The position numbers were made by a program, and so were the translations under genes. Positions 24,368-37,270 of a stretch of 64,000 nt of DNA are shown one piece after another; position 1 is the stretch's first letter, and each line of letters opens with the position of its first letter. Source of the stretch: Azolla caroliniana (Eukaryota > Plantae > Polypodiophyta); NCBI GenBank assembly GCA_043228905.1, contig JBHGNT010000015.1, forward strand, positions 19,964,001 to 20,028,000, read 5' to 3'. A model generated the notes under the pieces. It had not been told where the DNA came from. It worked only from the letters and a program-made list of their open reading frames with translations, and ran no database searches.

Positions 24368-27300
24368 AACTTAATGGGTATATTTCTTGCTATTTCTTCA
24401 ACTAGAAAGTGCAGCTTCCGTGGTTGCTTGTGTTGGATATATAATAAGCTAGACTTTATAGGGATATTTCATCCAACCACATCAATTCTTGCATAGACAT
24501 GTGATGTCGTTTCACAAGCACAACCCATAGACAATGGACATAAAACAAACTTGTGCATACTTATACCTTTTGGTCTTCAATTCATATGATTTGTTCGAAT
24601 TGAGAAGCATGTCTTATGATTAGATTTTCCATTAGATTGTGTGATAGGATTTATAAGATCATAAAAAGAAATTACGTAATTACATTTGTATAATAAAGCC
24701 TTGTTGAAGAGCAAAAATTGCATATTGCTTTCAAGTCTTTAGGATATTTGCTAGGGATCAATTTATAAGTTGGATTCAAAGGAGATCTTTCAATATGCCA
24801 AATATTATTGACACATGATTGCAAAAAAGATGGCTACACACACAAAAATCACGCTACTTTCGTATGCAATATCAATGTATATGATATTTAATACCATCAA
24901 TCATGGATACCATCATGCAACCTATACATCACCACGCAACCGATGTCATAATGATCTTTAACACTGGTAGAATAACAAGATTACAAAGGAATGGCAAGAT
25001 TATTAAATTTGGTGATCATTAATGGCTGCAACCAACAAAGGAAGTTCTTAAATGCATGAAATGGTGATTGCGCAAGAGCATACCTTTATGTCAGTTTCAA
25101 TTTCCTACATTCTACAAAGATTTTTCTTATATATTCCGCGTTGATCACAAGAATGAACCAAAAAAGTGTTGCAACATCTAATCGTCGCCAACTTTGATAA
25201 AACAAACATCAATGGTGTGCTTAAATATTATGGTTAAATCATGATTATACCAAAAATTGGTCTTGTTGGAGCTCATTTGGTTTCTTGTAACTTGACTTTG
25301 CTTGTTGCTTGTATTAAAGAAAGGAGGGTAGTCTCCATTAGAATCTAAGCTTTCGAAGGTTATCGTTTCTCGAATGCATTCGATTGCAATTATGAACCTA
25401 ATGTGGTGTGGGTCTTTACTACTAATCCGGGACATCTATATTCCGCGAAGAATGTGCTCATGCAAGGCCCACTCGTACTTGCCAATTACATGCTTTTTTT
25501 TTTTAACTAAACCTTTTCTTCACCAAAAGAAATTCTATTGTACATTAATTTAGAAGAAATTCATAAATTGAACAAGCTAGATAGATTTTTTTTGTTTTAT
25601 CATTTAAGAATGTGTCGGGTGCCTATTCATTGTGCTTACGATTGTCTACCTTTTCATGTACCATGGTTATTAAAACTTTTGTCTATGTAAGTGAATGAAT
25701 ACGATCATAAAGATTATTAAAATGAAAAATCATTTCCTTATAGACTCAAATTTAGTATTTCAAACATTATTTAGTTTGGCCCGTGGACTTGCGTGCACAC
25801 CAAAAATAGTCGTGTAAGGCAAAACATTGTCTTTCTCTGATTAACTAAGTTTTTGGAGGATGTTATGATTTTGTGGCGTACTTACAATAGATATTATGGA
25901 TCTTGTGCTTGTATTTTAGACTCGTGATCGTATTCAATCTTACATTATCAGATAGTTTCATCAATTATCGCACTTGAATAGAAATATTCTATAAATAATT
26001 TGTAACAATGATGTTTGACGACATGTTGTCCTATTGCATGAGTTTCATAGGAAAATCCTCCCTCCAACTTGTCATTTTAGATTGGATGAAACACCCAAAA
26101 AACCTAACTTTTGAAAAGTTATGAACCCCAATGTTTTGAAAACCCACCAAGAGTACCATTGTGTAATGTTCGATATTAAGGTTTTATGGCAAATTTCTAA
26201 AACTTAGGGAGGTTTTATGGTAAACATCTAAAAAGTTAGGCATATTATGGTGGTAAACACAATACAAACTAGGAATGTTTTAGTTTTGTACGTGGAAGCA
26301 CGAGGGGCCATGATCCATCAAAATGAACTCTACGAATTATCCAATGTTTAGATGATGATTTATATTTAGGCATTGAGATAGTATCGAGGTGCTCAAGGGA
26401 AAATGTACCAACCACAAAAACTCACCTTTATGTCTATTGTGCCTAATCTCATTTTATCCCATTCACTGATCAATTCGATTAAAACACACAAGTAATTTGA
26501 AACATGGTCTACTAAAGAATTCAAACATCTTTAATTTGTGTAATGACTATATGCATGTTAACATTCCAAGATCTTTAATCTACTACTTTACTCGATTATC
26601 TTTAATTCGTTAGCATTGTCTGGTTTTTTAGTAAAGTGATGGAACTTGCAATAATAGGTTGCTAGTCTGAAGAAGGGTTTTGGTGTGGTTTCTTACATAG
26701 TGTTGATGCCATCATTTTTTAGAGAACCCAAGTTTGATAAATTCGTATTTGGTTTCGTCTCAAGGTTAATAATATATAGTGTATACCTCTCTCTCTTCAT
26801 GTACTACAAACATTAGGTGTAATACCTATATTAAGTTTACATAGTGGTGAATACATTTATATTATACACAGTGGAAAGCTCTGCACTTACACCATGTTGT
26901 ATGCTTCAATTAAAATTCTCCCTTGTTCCGTTGTATCTGCAATGCACCCTAATTCACCATATAACCCTCTATCTCTTGCATTGCTAGTCTCTATATACTT
27001 TTCCATATGATGGCCTCCCATCACTATGAAATAACAATCCATGGGATACGATTCCTTTGGTATGCTCAACTTCCCTAGATATATCCTATTACTTAAAAAA
27101 ACTTGCTTTTGTAGTTAGGAGAAACTATAGAGAATAGTTCATCACTAAGGGGAACGTGCTAGTAAATGCATGTGATTTGGTTGCCACCCTCCAGGTAACC
27201 CATAATGAGAGTTGAGATTGAGATCGTATTTCATCTTTCCTCATCCATTTGATACAAGGTAAAAATGCTTAAACGTATCCAATCACATCTCACTACTCTC

Positions 27301-28960
27301 ACGAGCCTTGGCTTGTGGAGAGCTTTATCATTTCTTCCAACTCTCTCACACGAGTTAAGTGTTGAGGTAGCATCATGTGATCATCACCAAATAAGAAGAT
27401 ATGAAATACATATATACAATGAAAACTTAGTAGAGTATGAATGTCAAATACTCATCACATGCTTAATGTATAAGGTAATTTGCAACAAATGGATGACTTG
27501 TTAGACTGACATGATAATGTAAGTGTCATATTAATGTCCACCGAGATGGGTGAGCACATATGTGCATGCATTATTTTCACACACAGAGTATTATCCCCCC
27601 TTCTTAGGGGGGAATCACATGCAAGATTATACATTGATTTGGTCCCGTATGTCAAAATTGGCCTCCTCATGGACGATAAAACATGCATTCCATCTCTTTT
27701 CCCTTGGGCACACAATTGTCACATATATATATATAATATAATTAATATACTTGGAGCCCTTAATGAGGCATGCTTCAATGGGTGCACCTAGAATTTGTTG
27801 CTTTTGACATCTGTATTTCCACACACAACACTCTCTTACAAAAGATTCTTCATTTGTTGAACTCGAGGCCACTTGTTTTGAGCTAAGTACATTCGCAACT
27901 TGCCTTATACAAGTAATGCCCCATGTTCTAGCACTATTTGTTCATCCTTAGACACATAGATATATTGTGCTCATGATATTACTCCTACAGATCATTCTTC
28001 CTTGAATTGCAAAAAATCAGCTTTGAACACTTGGCCAACTTTATGCAAGGGGAGCCTCAACCCCTAGACACTTTTAGGTGTGCATGCATCAATGGTATAT
28101 TGTAGGTGTTCACATAAGCAAGTATGGGAAATTTTATGAAATGTTTTGATTTGCATAAGGTAATCTTCTTATATGTTAGTAACTTAGTACGTAGAGGGAT
28201 GGGTGTAATTGACAAAGTCAAGTGGCTCATACGTGACCACTTGTCACGATCCCTTCATGCAAGCACCATTTATTTCGACCAAACTAGGTAGAGACACTAT
28301 AAAAATATAGAGGCGAGTGGATAGCTCTCTTCGAGGAGATGACAAAACAACTCACATTAGAATCCCTTAGGAGACAACTAGAAAGGACACAGTCCCATCT
28401 CCATGAACCTTTTTCTTTTGTGGTGTGAGGGGAATGAAGGAATATTAAGTTGAAATGTGCAAGACAGTTTCAAGGCAATATATGCAAACAAATAGGACAA
28501 GCAATTGAGTTCAAACATGCAATGCTTAAATGAACGCAAGCATATACATCGATGGCCCACATATGTAGCGGGGTTCGGATAACACTGTTTCAATTGATCC
28601 TCAGAAGGTGCTCTATTGACGCATCGAATGCTTTGGGTTTGCGGTCGGATAATGCGCCGTTCCCCTGTACAAGAAAAATAGAACCCCGCAATGGCAAGTG
28701 AAAGGTACCAAGCAGACAACGAAAGCAACACCAGACAGACCCTAGATCAAAGAGGCTTCCGAGTAACGTGTCGTGAAAGCACTTTAGTGTGTAGTCTATA
28801 TAGTATATAGTGTAGTGTAGAGAGGGTGTAAGTGTAAAAGTGGTTAGAAATGAAATAAAAATTGAGATAGATCAATCACATTAATACCAACATAATAGAC
28901 TATAGTCTATAGATATGAAGGGAATTTGTTTTTTTTAGGATATGTAATAATAAATCTCCA

Positions 28961-29331
28961 TGACGTCATAAAGCTGCCCCGGCCACGTGGCTCCGTTGTC
29001 ATACTATCACCCGACCAAAAAGTGGAAAAGTGCTCGAGACTTCCAGCAGGGCACGTGTCCCGGCTGACGTGGCATTCTGACCAACCCGCCACGGCTGATG
29101 TGGCATTCCACCCCCTCCCTCCAGGTGCCTTGACGTGGCAGGTTCCACGCTGGCATCGTCAGGTCATCATGCTGTGCCTCCACGCGGCTCACCACTCTGA
29201 CGTTATAGCGCTTCTACCAGCGTGCCGACGTGGAGGGCTAGCTGTCGCCGGGGCGTCCACGTAAGCTCTTAGGCCCTTTGGTTTGGGCGTGACGTGGCGG
29301 GAGCACCGAGTGGTGGGACACGGCCACGTGG
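28961..29331 (+). promoter_or_regulatory. GC-rich upstream region with a cluster of ACGT-core (G-box/ABRE/C-box) motifs
   Basis: Ten ACGT cores in ~370 bp, including GCCACGTGGC, three TGACGTGGC and TGACGTCA, located ~300-660 bp upstream of the kinase ATG. Confidence 0.55.
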
Positions 29332-29594
29332 GCGGACGCCCCTGTGTCGTCTTCTTCCTTTTTCAGTTTTTTTTTGTCTGTGTCTCAGAGACAGGAAAAC
29401 GAAGCAGAGAGCAGAGAGAGAACAGCTCATGCTCTGTTGCCGCAGAGGACTCCTTTTTCCTTCTTCTCCTTTCTCTTCCATTTTCTACCGTGATCGCCAT
29501 GCCCTTCTCATTAACTGTGCAGAGATCTACTGTCAAAGCTATAATGATATAACCCACCATAGCCTGCGGTGCATTTACAGACAAAAGAAGAAGC

Positions 29595-29620
29595 AAACCC
29601 TAAACCCCTAAACCCTAAAC
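29595..29620 (+). promoter_or_regulatory. Triple telo-box (AAACCCT)3 directly before the kinase ATG
   Basis: AAACCCTAAACCCTAAACCCTAAAC. Confidence 0.65.
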
Positions 29621-29623
29621 ACC

Positions 29624-32428
29624 ATGAATAAAACTAATCATACCTTCTTCTTCTTCTCTTTCTTCTTCTGCTTCTTCAGTTCCGCCATAGCTTTCTCTCC
29701 TGCCATATCCATTCTCCTAGATTGCGGCTCCTCTTCTTCTTCCAACACTACCATTGATGGAAGAGCGTGGATCTCTGATACCTCTCCCACATTATTCTCC
29801 TCCCTTATCTCTTCATCGACGAGGACCATACCTATTTCCACAGCTGATTCCCCTTCTAATTCTGACTCTTCTGCTTCTTCTCCCTCCATATCTCCGATTC
29901 TACTCACTGCTCGAGTTTTCCCTGACGCCTCAACATACACGTTTTCTGAGCTTCAACCCTACGCTCGCTACTGGCTCCGCCTCTACTTCTTCCCCTTCCC
30001 CGCTACCTCATCTTCTCCATACGATCTCCGATCTTCTCTCTTCACCGTCTCTTCCAATGGCTTCACCCTACTGTCGTATCACGACAATCGCCATGGCCAA
30101 AACCCTAGCAGTCCCCCTCAATACCTGTTCAAGGAGTTTTCCATCAATGTGTCTCACGCAGGAGGTTTAACCATAGCTTTCGAGCCAAGCCCAGGGTCGT
30201 TCGCATTCGTGAATGCCATAGAAGTGGTGTCTATGCCAGACGACATCATACAGGCCGAGCTCCCTGCATCACCGAACCTCGCCATCGCCATCGCCAACAT
30301 GGACTCGTCCTCCACAGCTTTTGAGTGCGTGCACAGGGTGAATGTGGGAGGTCCTGCCATAGCTCCTTCCAACGACTCCCTCGGCCTGTACCGAACATGG
30401 CTAGCCAACGAAAGCTTCCTCGCAGTAGCCACAGGAATGGAAACTGTCTCCACGACCAGAGCTTCTATACTCTACCCGCCGCCATTGCAGTCTTACATTG
30501 CTCCTCAGGCTGTATATAGCACAGGCATCCAGCACGACCCGAGCTCCCTCCATTCGAGCTCTGATGCCTCGTTCAACATCTCCTGGGAGATCCCTGTGGA
30601 AGCCGGATTCTCCTACATGGTGCGCCTCCATTTCTGCGAGATTGTGGAGAGCAGTGTAGGCGCTCGTGTCTTCGATGTGTTCTTGCAGAACGAGACTGCA
30701 TATCGGGAGGTCGATCTGGTGGCCCTCAAAGGTGCGGCTAATGCATATTATCGAGATTTCACTGTGGATACATCTCCATCTCCATCTCCATCTCCATCTC
30801 CATCTTCATCTCCATCTCTGCAGGCGGATTCATCAGAGCCGGATTCAGGCAGTGGAATCACATCGATTTGGATCCAGATTGGACCCACTCCTAACAGGTC
30901 CCCTGACAACAACGCCATTCTGAATGGGATCGAGATATGGAAGCTCAACAACACCGCAGGAAGATTGGATGGGCTCTGGTTTAGGGCACGCCCCCCTTTC
31001 CACAGGCAGAGAGGCCCAGCCAACAGGATCGAGTCCCCCATCATACTAGGCTGCATCATCTCTGCAGGAATCCTGATGCTCGGCATCTTCGTCTGCTTCT
31101 TCTGCTTCTTCGCCAGGAAGAAATCGAAGGTGTACAAGCAATCCCCTGTGGTGAACTGGGTGTCTCTACCCCATCGCCATGGCCTGTCTGCAAGCATGGC
31201 GAATTCTAGGGTAGAATCCACAGCTTCCTACAAGAGCTCCGGCTCCGGCCACAGCCATGTCTCATCCATGGCGGGAAGTTCGAACCGTCTCGGCCGGAAA
31301 TTCACCTTCCTCGAGATCCAGCAGGCCACGCAGAACTTCGACGAAACCCTAGTGCTCGGGGTGGGAGGGTTCGGCAAGGTATACCGAGGGAACGTGGTCC
31401 TCGAAGATGAAGACGAGGCGAAGCTCGTGGCCGTGAAGAGAGGAAACCCTAGATCGGAGCAAGGCATGTCCGAGTTCCGGACGGAGATTGAAATGCTGTC
31501 CAAGCTCCGCCACCGGCACCTCGTGTCCCTGATCGGGTATTGCGATGAGAATTGCGAGATGATCCTTGTCTACGAGTACATGGCCAATGGGCCCCTCCGG
31601 ATCCACCTCTACGGGACCGACCTCCCGCCACTGTCTTGGAGACAGAGGCTAGAGATCTGCATTGGTGCCGCCCGTGGGCTCCACTACCTCCACACGGGCA
31701 CCGCCCAAGGCATCATCCACCGGGACGTGAAGACGACCAACATTCTCCTGGACGAGAGCCTCGTGGCCAAGGTGTCCGACTTCGGGCTGTCCAAGGCCGG
31801 CCCCACCCTCGACCAGACCCACGTCAGCACCGCTGTGAAGGGCAGCTTCGGCTACCTCGACCCGGAATACTTCCGGAGACGCCAGCTCACCGAGAAGTCG
31901 GACGTGTACTCGTTCGGGGTCGTGCTCATGGAAGTGCTTTGTGCCAGGCCCGCCATTAACCCCGCCCTCCCGCGGGAACAAGTCAATATCGCTGAGTGGG
32001 CCATGCATTGGCACAAGATGGGCCTCCTCCGGGAGATCATCGACCCGCTCCTCGCCAACACCATCAGCCCTAACTCTTTGAAGAAGTACGGGGACACGGC
32101 ACACAAGTGCTTGGCTGAGCAAGGTGTGGACCGCCCCACGATGGGCGATGTCCTATGGAACCTAGAGTACGCGTTGCAACTCCAAGAGACGGCCATGATG
32201 GCCAATGAGGTGCCCGTGGCCGAAGAAGTTCCTAGGCGGAACAATATCGTCGACATTCCGGGCCGGCTTCCCGAGCAAGAGGTGTGGGACGATACAAGCA
32301 TGCTGGTTTTACCGGAAAGAGCCCGGTTTAGTTCCATTAGTATGTCTCGTAGCCAAGACATGTCCGCGGATGTGATCGATAGTGATAGCGCGCTATTCTC
32401 ACAGATAGTGAAGCCGCAGGGCCGTTGA
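29624..32428 (+). CDS. CrRLK1L-family malectin-like receptor kinase (THESEUS1/HERK-like)
   Basis: Signal peptide; malectin-like motifs [50 protein letters not shown]; a TM helix; kinase motifs [72 protein letters not shown]; C-terminal [10 protein letters not shown]. Confidence 0.96.
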   Translation: MNKTNHTFFFFSFFFCFFSSAIAFSPAISILLDCGSSSSSNTTIDGRAWISDTSPTLFSSLISSSTRTIPISTADSPSNSDSSASSPSISPILLTARVFPDASTYTFSELQPYARYWLRLYFFPFPATSSSPYDLRSSLFTVSSNGFTLLSYHDNRHGQNPSSPPQYLFKEFSINVSHAGGLTIAFEPSPGSFAFVNAIEVVSMPDDIIQAELPASPNLAIAIANMDSSSTAFECVHRVNVGGPAIAPSNDSLGLYRTWLANESFLAVATGMETVSTTRASILYPPPLQSYIAPQAVYSTGIQHDPSSLHSSSDASFNISWEIPVEAGFSYMVRLHFCEIVESSVGARVFDVFLQNETAYREVDLVALKGAANAYYRDFTVDTSPSPSPSPSPSSSPSLQADSSEPDSGSGITSIWIQIGPTPNRSPDNNAILNGIEIWKLNNTAGRLDGLWFRARPPFHRQRGPANRIESPIILGCIISAGILMLGIFVCFFCFFARKKSKVYKQSPVVNWVSLPHRHGLSASMANSRVESTASYKSSGSGHSHVSSMAGSSNRLGRKFTFLEIQQATQNFDETLVLGVGGFGKVYRGNVVLEDEDEAKLVAVKRGNPRSEQGMSEFRTEIEMLSKLRHRHLVSLIGYCDENCEMILVYEYMANGPLRIHLYGTDLPPLSWRQRLEICIGAARGLHYLHTGTAQGIIHRDVKTTNILLDESLVAKVSDFGLSKAGPTLDQTHVSTAVKGSFGYLDPEYFRRRQLTEKSDVYSFGVVLMEVLCARPAINPALPREQVNIAEWAMHWHKMGLLREIIDPLLANTISPNSLKKYGDTAHKCLAEQGVDRPTMGDVLWNLEYALQLQETAMMANEVPVAEEVPRRNNIVDIPGRLPEQEVWDDTSMLVLPERARFSSISMSRSQDMSADVIDSDSALFSQIVKPQGR

Positions 32429-33327
32429 CCTACGAATGAAAGGCTAGACACATGAGCCATGGGACTTCGCGACCCTCCCAAGGAGGAAACTCTTATTTGC
32501 AACGAGAAAGGTAGGACACATTTTTAAAGAGGGAGAGAACCATTTTTACCCATCCATGCCATTGGATCAATAATTGCTACATGCTACACAAGATAGAAGT
32601 ACTAAATGTAAGTAATCCTTCTTGTATATGTCTCCATAACCTCAGAAGTCTTCTTGTAAATCTTTATAGACATGTTGAGATGGACCTCTCTCGACCGAGT
32701 ACTTAGCGATGGCATATTTTTCTATCATCAAAGTTTGTTTTGTTTTGATCCATCTAGTGTCGATAGTTGGGGTTCTTCGGATCCTTGATGGTACGTGGAA
32801 AGTAGTCTAGTTCTTCCGATCTAACATTTCTCCTTGTTGAGATTATATTAGATGGTTAATATATAAAGTATTTATAAACTCATGAGACTTGGTTCATTTT
32901 CTTGTGAAGAGTAAGCTGAAGGATAAGTGAATAGCTCATTTTGTGTAAACAATCTTTGAAAAGGATGATGCATAAAGGGAACCTCACCACCAAAGGTGCC
33001 AATGTCACTCTTTAACTTCGAAGTTCTAATGGGATATTGTATATTAACCATGCATGCTTTAGAGATATCTGTTTTGGTAAAATCTAGACATGAATGTCCC
33101 CAAATCTTATAACATTCACATAATTAAAGCTGGTTATTGATTCCCTTTTCCATGTCTAAATACTTTGTGTTGGTCTTCCATATATGTACATTAAAAACCC
33201 TCAGAATTTGAATTATTATGTGTAATTGGCCATTTTCAGATAAGGTAAGCTTGAAATTTAAATTCTGCTAAGAACCCAACTTGTCGATGAAGCCTGGTAG
33301 AGCGGTAGGATTTTAATTCAATAAGGT

Positions 33328-33394
<67 letters not shown>
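33328..33394. repeat. (CT)n(CA)n(CT)n microsatellite
   Basis: Direct reading. Confidence 0.9.
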
Positions 33395-33400
<6 letters not shown>

Positions 33401-35849
33401 GCCCCTCTCTAGGGAACCTGAGCTAGATGTGTTTCTGAAAAGAATACATTTTCCCAACTATTTGCAAGTTGGGCCATTTCTTCTTTGCTCATTGCTAGTA
33501 AGGAACTATTTGCTAGTTGCTTTTCCTTTGATAAATCATATGGTCCAATTCAACATATAGATTTCTTTCCTTGGGGGTTAGTTTGTTATTTTGGCCTTGT
33601 GCCTTAACGGCTCATTAAGGAGTTGGAGGTCACACATGCATTTTGAATGTGGGTGACACCAGAAACCTTGTTAATGTATCAAACCTTCATTTTCTATGAT
33701 TATTTGTGTGAATGTTCCAATGATATTGACACGTAGGTAACAAAATTTACTCTATATTCATCTTCGGATTCATGTATACTTAGTACTTGATAAGGAAATG
33801 GGTCTAATTTTGCCGGTTAAGAATCTTTAGTAGTTCAAGACGTTCTTACCATTTGGATTTATTATTTTATTTTCATTTTATAAAAGGTTTCGGTAAAGAT
33901 TATAATTATCAATACGTTTAATAATCCCCCTTTATCTACAAAAGATGTAGTCAATCATAAAAAAGCTCATTGGACCTTGTTTATATAATATCTCGTGCTT
34001 TGGTACTGGTCCTAATGATGTTTTTGTTTGCAAAATGTCTTTTTTCGAGTGTGCCTACTATATATTACTCATTTGCTCACATACATGCACTTAATTTGTA
34101 AGGCTAGCAATTTTTATATGAATAAGTTGCAATTAATAAACTACGACGGAGTTGCAAATGTATAGTCTAGGAATTTTTGGATGTGCAAATCTCAAGCTTC
34201 TTCGTCAATGCTAAATTTCATTAATCTAGGTGTTGGTGTGTGGTGGTAGAGATTGATTACTTGTATGTAAAGTAAATAAAGTGAGATGTCAAAGGAAAGT
34301 GGCTTGCTTATGAGGTTGCCATGACCAATTGATCAAAGATAAAGTGGGATGCCAGTTGGTTAGGAGAGTGGACAACATATAAATCCAATGAACACATTTT
34401 AAAGCTATGCCAGCTTGTATTCCAACCACACTACTCACCTAAAAATTATTGATTACATTGTAACTAAGCTGGTGGCCACATGGCTTATCCAATATTTGTC
34501 AATAAAGTTTTCAAATTGTAGCAATTGCAGCATTTGAACTACTTAAGTACATGACAAGTCTTAAGAAGAATTTAAGAACCACATTCACTCTAGCCTCTTC
34601 TTTGAGCCTTTCTTATAATGTTTTTTTGGGATCTGTGGGCCATATAATTGGATTCCTTAAGGAATGATAATACATCATAATTAGTAAACCATAAACCGTT
34701 GCTCATGGGTTCAAAACATACTAGTTGCCTTATTTTCTAGATGGCATTGGGGAGTGTTAGGGTTGAGCACACAATCTCTATATTAATAACCTACAAACTG
34801 ACATTAATATGAGTCTTTGAATTAGTACTCGCTAAGGACGGCAACACACTCATTTCGAATTATGAGTTGTGGAATTTGTATAAATAGTCATATCTTACTG
34901 AGAAACAATCAAATTGGAAAGAATGAACAATGCATGATTGAAACATTACAACCAATAATGGATTTATTTCGGTTTGTTCTAATACCATTTTCTAATTCCT
35001 AAGGTTAAAAATGCTCGCACAATGCTTAATAAGTGTTTCATTTATTTCATCTTGACTAAACTGTGGTCATATTTTGGCTTCTTGTGAGCAACCTATGCTT
35101 GGTTTAGCATTAAGCCTAAATGGAGTTTGATTGAAGGTAGCTTATGGCAAATATGGGAAAAGCTCTCCTAAGTTGGCGTCAGACCTTTTTATAATAAAAT
35201 GTGTGCGAAAGTAATAACGTTTGGATGATAATGGAGTTAGCATCAACGTCTTAACTAATAACATTTTTTATAGCAGTTCAATAGTTCTGCCTTTAGGGAG
35301 TCTTAGTATAACTCTTTACCAAAAGTCTTTTTCTGAGTGTAATATTTTCGCTTCAATTATATCATTTTACTTTCCTGTTTTCTTTTGAAGAGAAAATGAA
35401 ATAATTAGGTTATGTTTATCTTCGATTTTTCTTGTTACTTCTTTGTGTTTATCTTTTAGATGCAATGAGTCATTTATACTACCTTTAACTTGTGTTTGTT
35501 TCATTCCAAATGTTCATTTTAACTAGCTTTTACACATACTTTTGCACAAAGAGAGCATTTACGTTTACATAGGATGATTGTGTTTCATCATGAATAAGAC
35601 TAATATTTGTTGGCAAAGAATCACAATGACATTTCATTTTTTGTTGTCTATGTTTCTTCTCGTCAATTGGTTCCAAGAATCTTCATACAAGTATGAGAAA
35701 CAATTCTTCTAGCCATTGAGTAATCTCCTTTGATTCATTGATTCATCTGTCATAATGCACAAAGATGGAACGTGTCCCACACATACACATTTAGAAGCAA
35801 CTGAAAATAAGTGTGCAATTTCATTATATACAAGGTACATATACACATG

Positions 35850-37270
35850 GTGCCCAAAGAGAAAACCATGATATCCTTAGCCACACTTATGATAATCATC
35901 CTAATACTCATCTTGAAATGTCCTTGTAAATATCACTCCCATACACATTGCATAATGTACAAAGAGAGAAAACATGAAATTTGTGACAAATATATCATTA
36001 ACGCTATGGACCGACCATAGAAGTTGTCGATCCTTGAGAGAATTATAAGAATAAGATGCATGGAGCAAAGGCAACTATATATTTTGTTTGAGTTAAGTTG
36101 TTTCCCTTGTGTATTTAATATAATTTCACCGATTACTGTGTGTTAGACAAGATAAGCTCTACAAAAATATAGCCTAGCCTATGTATGCACCATATATCAA
36201 ATTGGAACTAGAGACATAAAGTACGGTTGCCACAAGTATTTATACGTTATACAACCTTCTAACAAGTGATAACAAATACTTATTCAAAGTCGAACACAAC
36301 CCATCCTTGTCCATAAACTAGATTTTGTCGCATCACACCTCACTACCATCGTCAACTTTATATTCTACCATAACTATTCCATTGGAGTTTGTACACATGT
36401 AACACTTCGTCCATAGAAAACCAATTATTCACACAATCAATTTTATTAGAATTTATTCACATTTCAATCAAGAAACGAGCTTGATAAATAACGACCCAAT
36501 GCAAGATAGCTAATATTGATTTCGGAAAGCTCATAACAATTTAGGGCAAGTTATGCAAAATTTATAGCTCGCTACCCTTGGTCGGGCATTACAATGGATT
36601 AGTCAATTTTCCCCACCCGTTCCTCAGTACTCGTAATTATATCGAAAAAACGAAAGTTGAGCCGACTTCAATCAAGAAACACTTCTTTTGCAATAATTAG
36701 TGAATTTGATGAAGTTCCACAATGAGATCAAATTGAACTATTGTTTGCTACACTTTACCTCTTTTTGATAAGAAAGACATGCCCAAATAATTTCAAGGAT
36801 TTGGACAGAGATAGTACATAACCTCAAAGGTTCTTTGGACAATGAGCAGAATTACAAAGATCGGAGTTCCACGTCATATGAGACAAAGGATTCTTTATAC
36901 ACGGATTTCTGATAAGGTGGAGTGGTTCTACTCTACAACAAAGTATTTATTTAAGTTGACAATTAGAACTTAGCACGAGGGCCGTTACCTAAATGTGTGC
37001 AAACTATTAGGGAATTTTTCTTAATACTAATGTAGTATCTTTGGACAACATAAAAGGTAATACACAATGAGTAGAATAACAAAGATCGGAGTTCCATGTC
37101 ATATGAGACAAAGGATTCTTTATACACGGATTTCTGATAAGGTGGAGTGGTTCTACTCTACAACAAAGTATTTATTTAAGTTGACAATTAGAACTTAGCA
37201 CGAGGGTCGTTACCTAAATGTGTGCAAACTATTAAGGAATTTTTCTTAATACTAATGTAGTATCTTTCTT
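35850..37270 (+). mobile_element. Possible highly decayed Ty3/gypsy integrase-region remnant
   Basis: Broken fragments resembling W.LLYN...W.GP(Y/F) of gypsy integrase C-termini near 36915-36990; no intact ORF. Confidence 0.3.
36840..37267 (+). repeat. Near-perfect direct duplication, ~200-bp unit, period 225 bp
   Basis: ACAAAGATCGGAGTTCCA(C/T)GTCATATGAGACAAAGG...TAATACTAATGTAGTATCTTT occurs twice with few substitutions. Confidence 0.92.

Noticed and set aside
27171-27723. Possible solo LTR with TGTGA...TCACA ends
   Set aside because: The flanks (ATGCA versus TATAT) do not form a TSD, so the boundaries are unsupported.
28568-28689. Inverted pair GCGGGGTTC / GAACCCCGC and the minus-strand ORF 28378-28731
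   Set aside because: Only 9 bp of pairing, and no recognisable RNA family or protein motif.
29595-29620. Telomere or interstitial telomeric array
   Set aside because: Only about three units next to a start codon, which fits a telo-box better.
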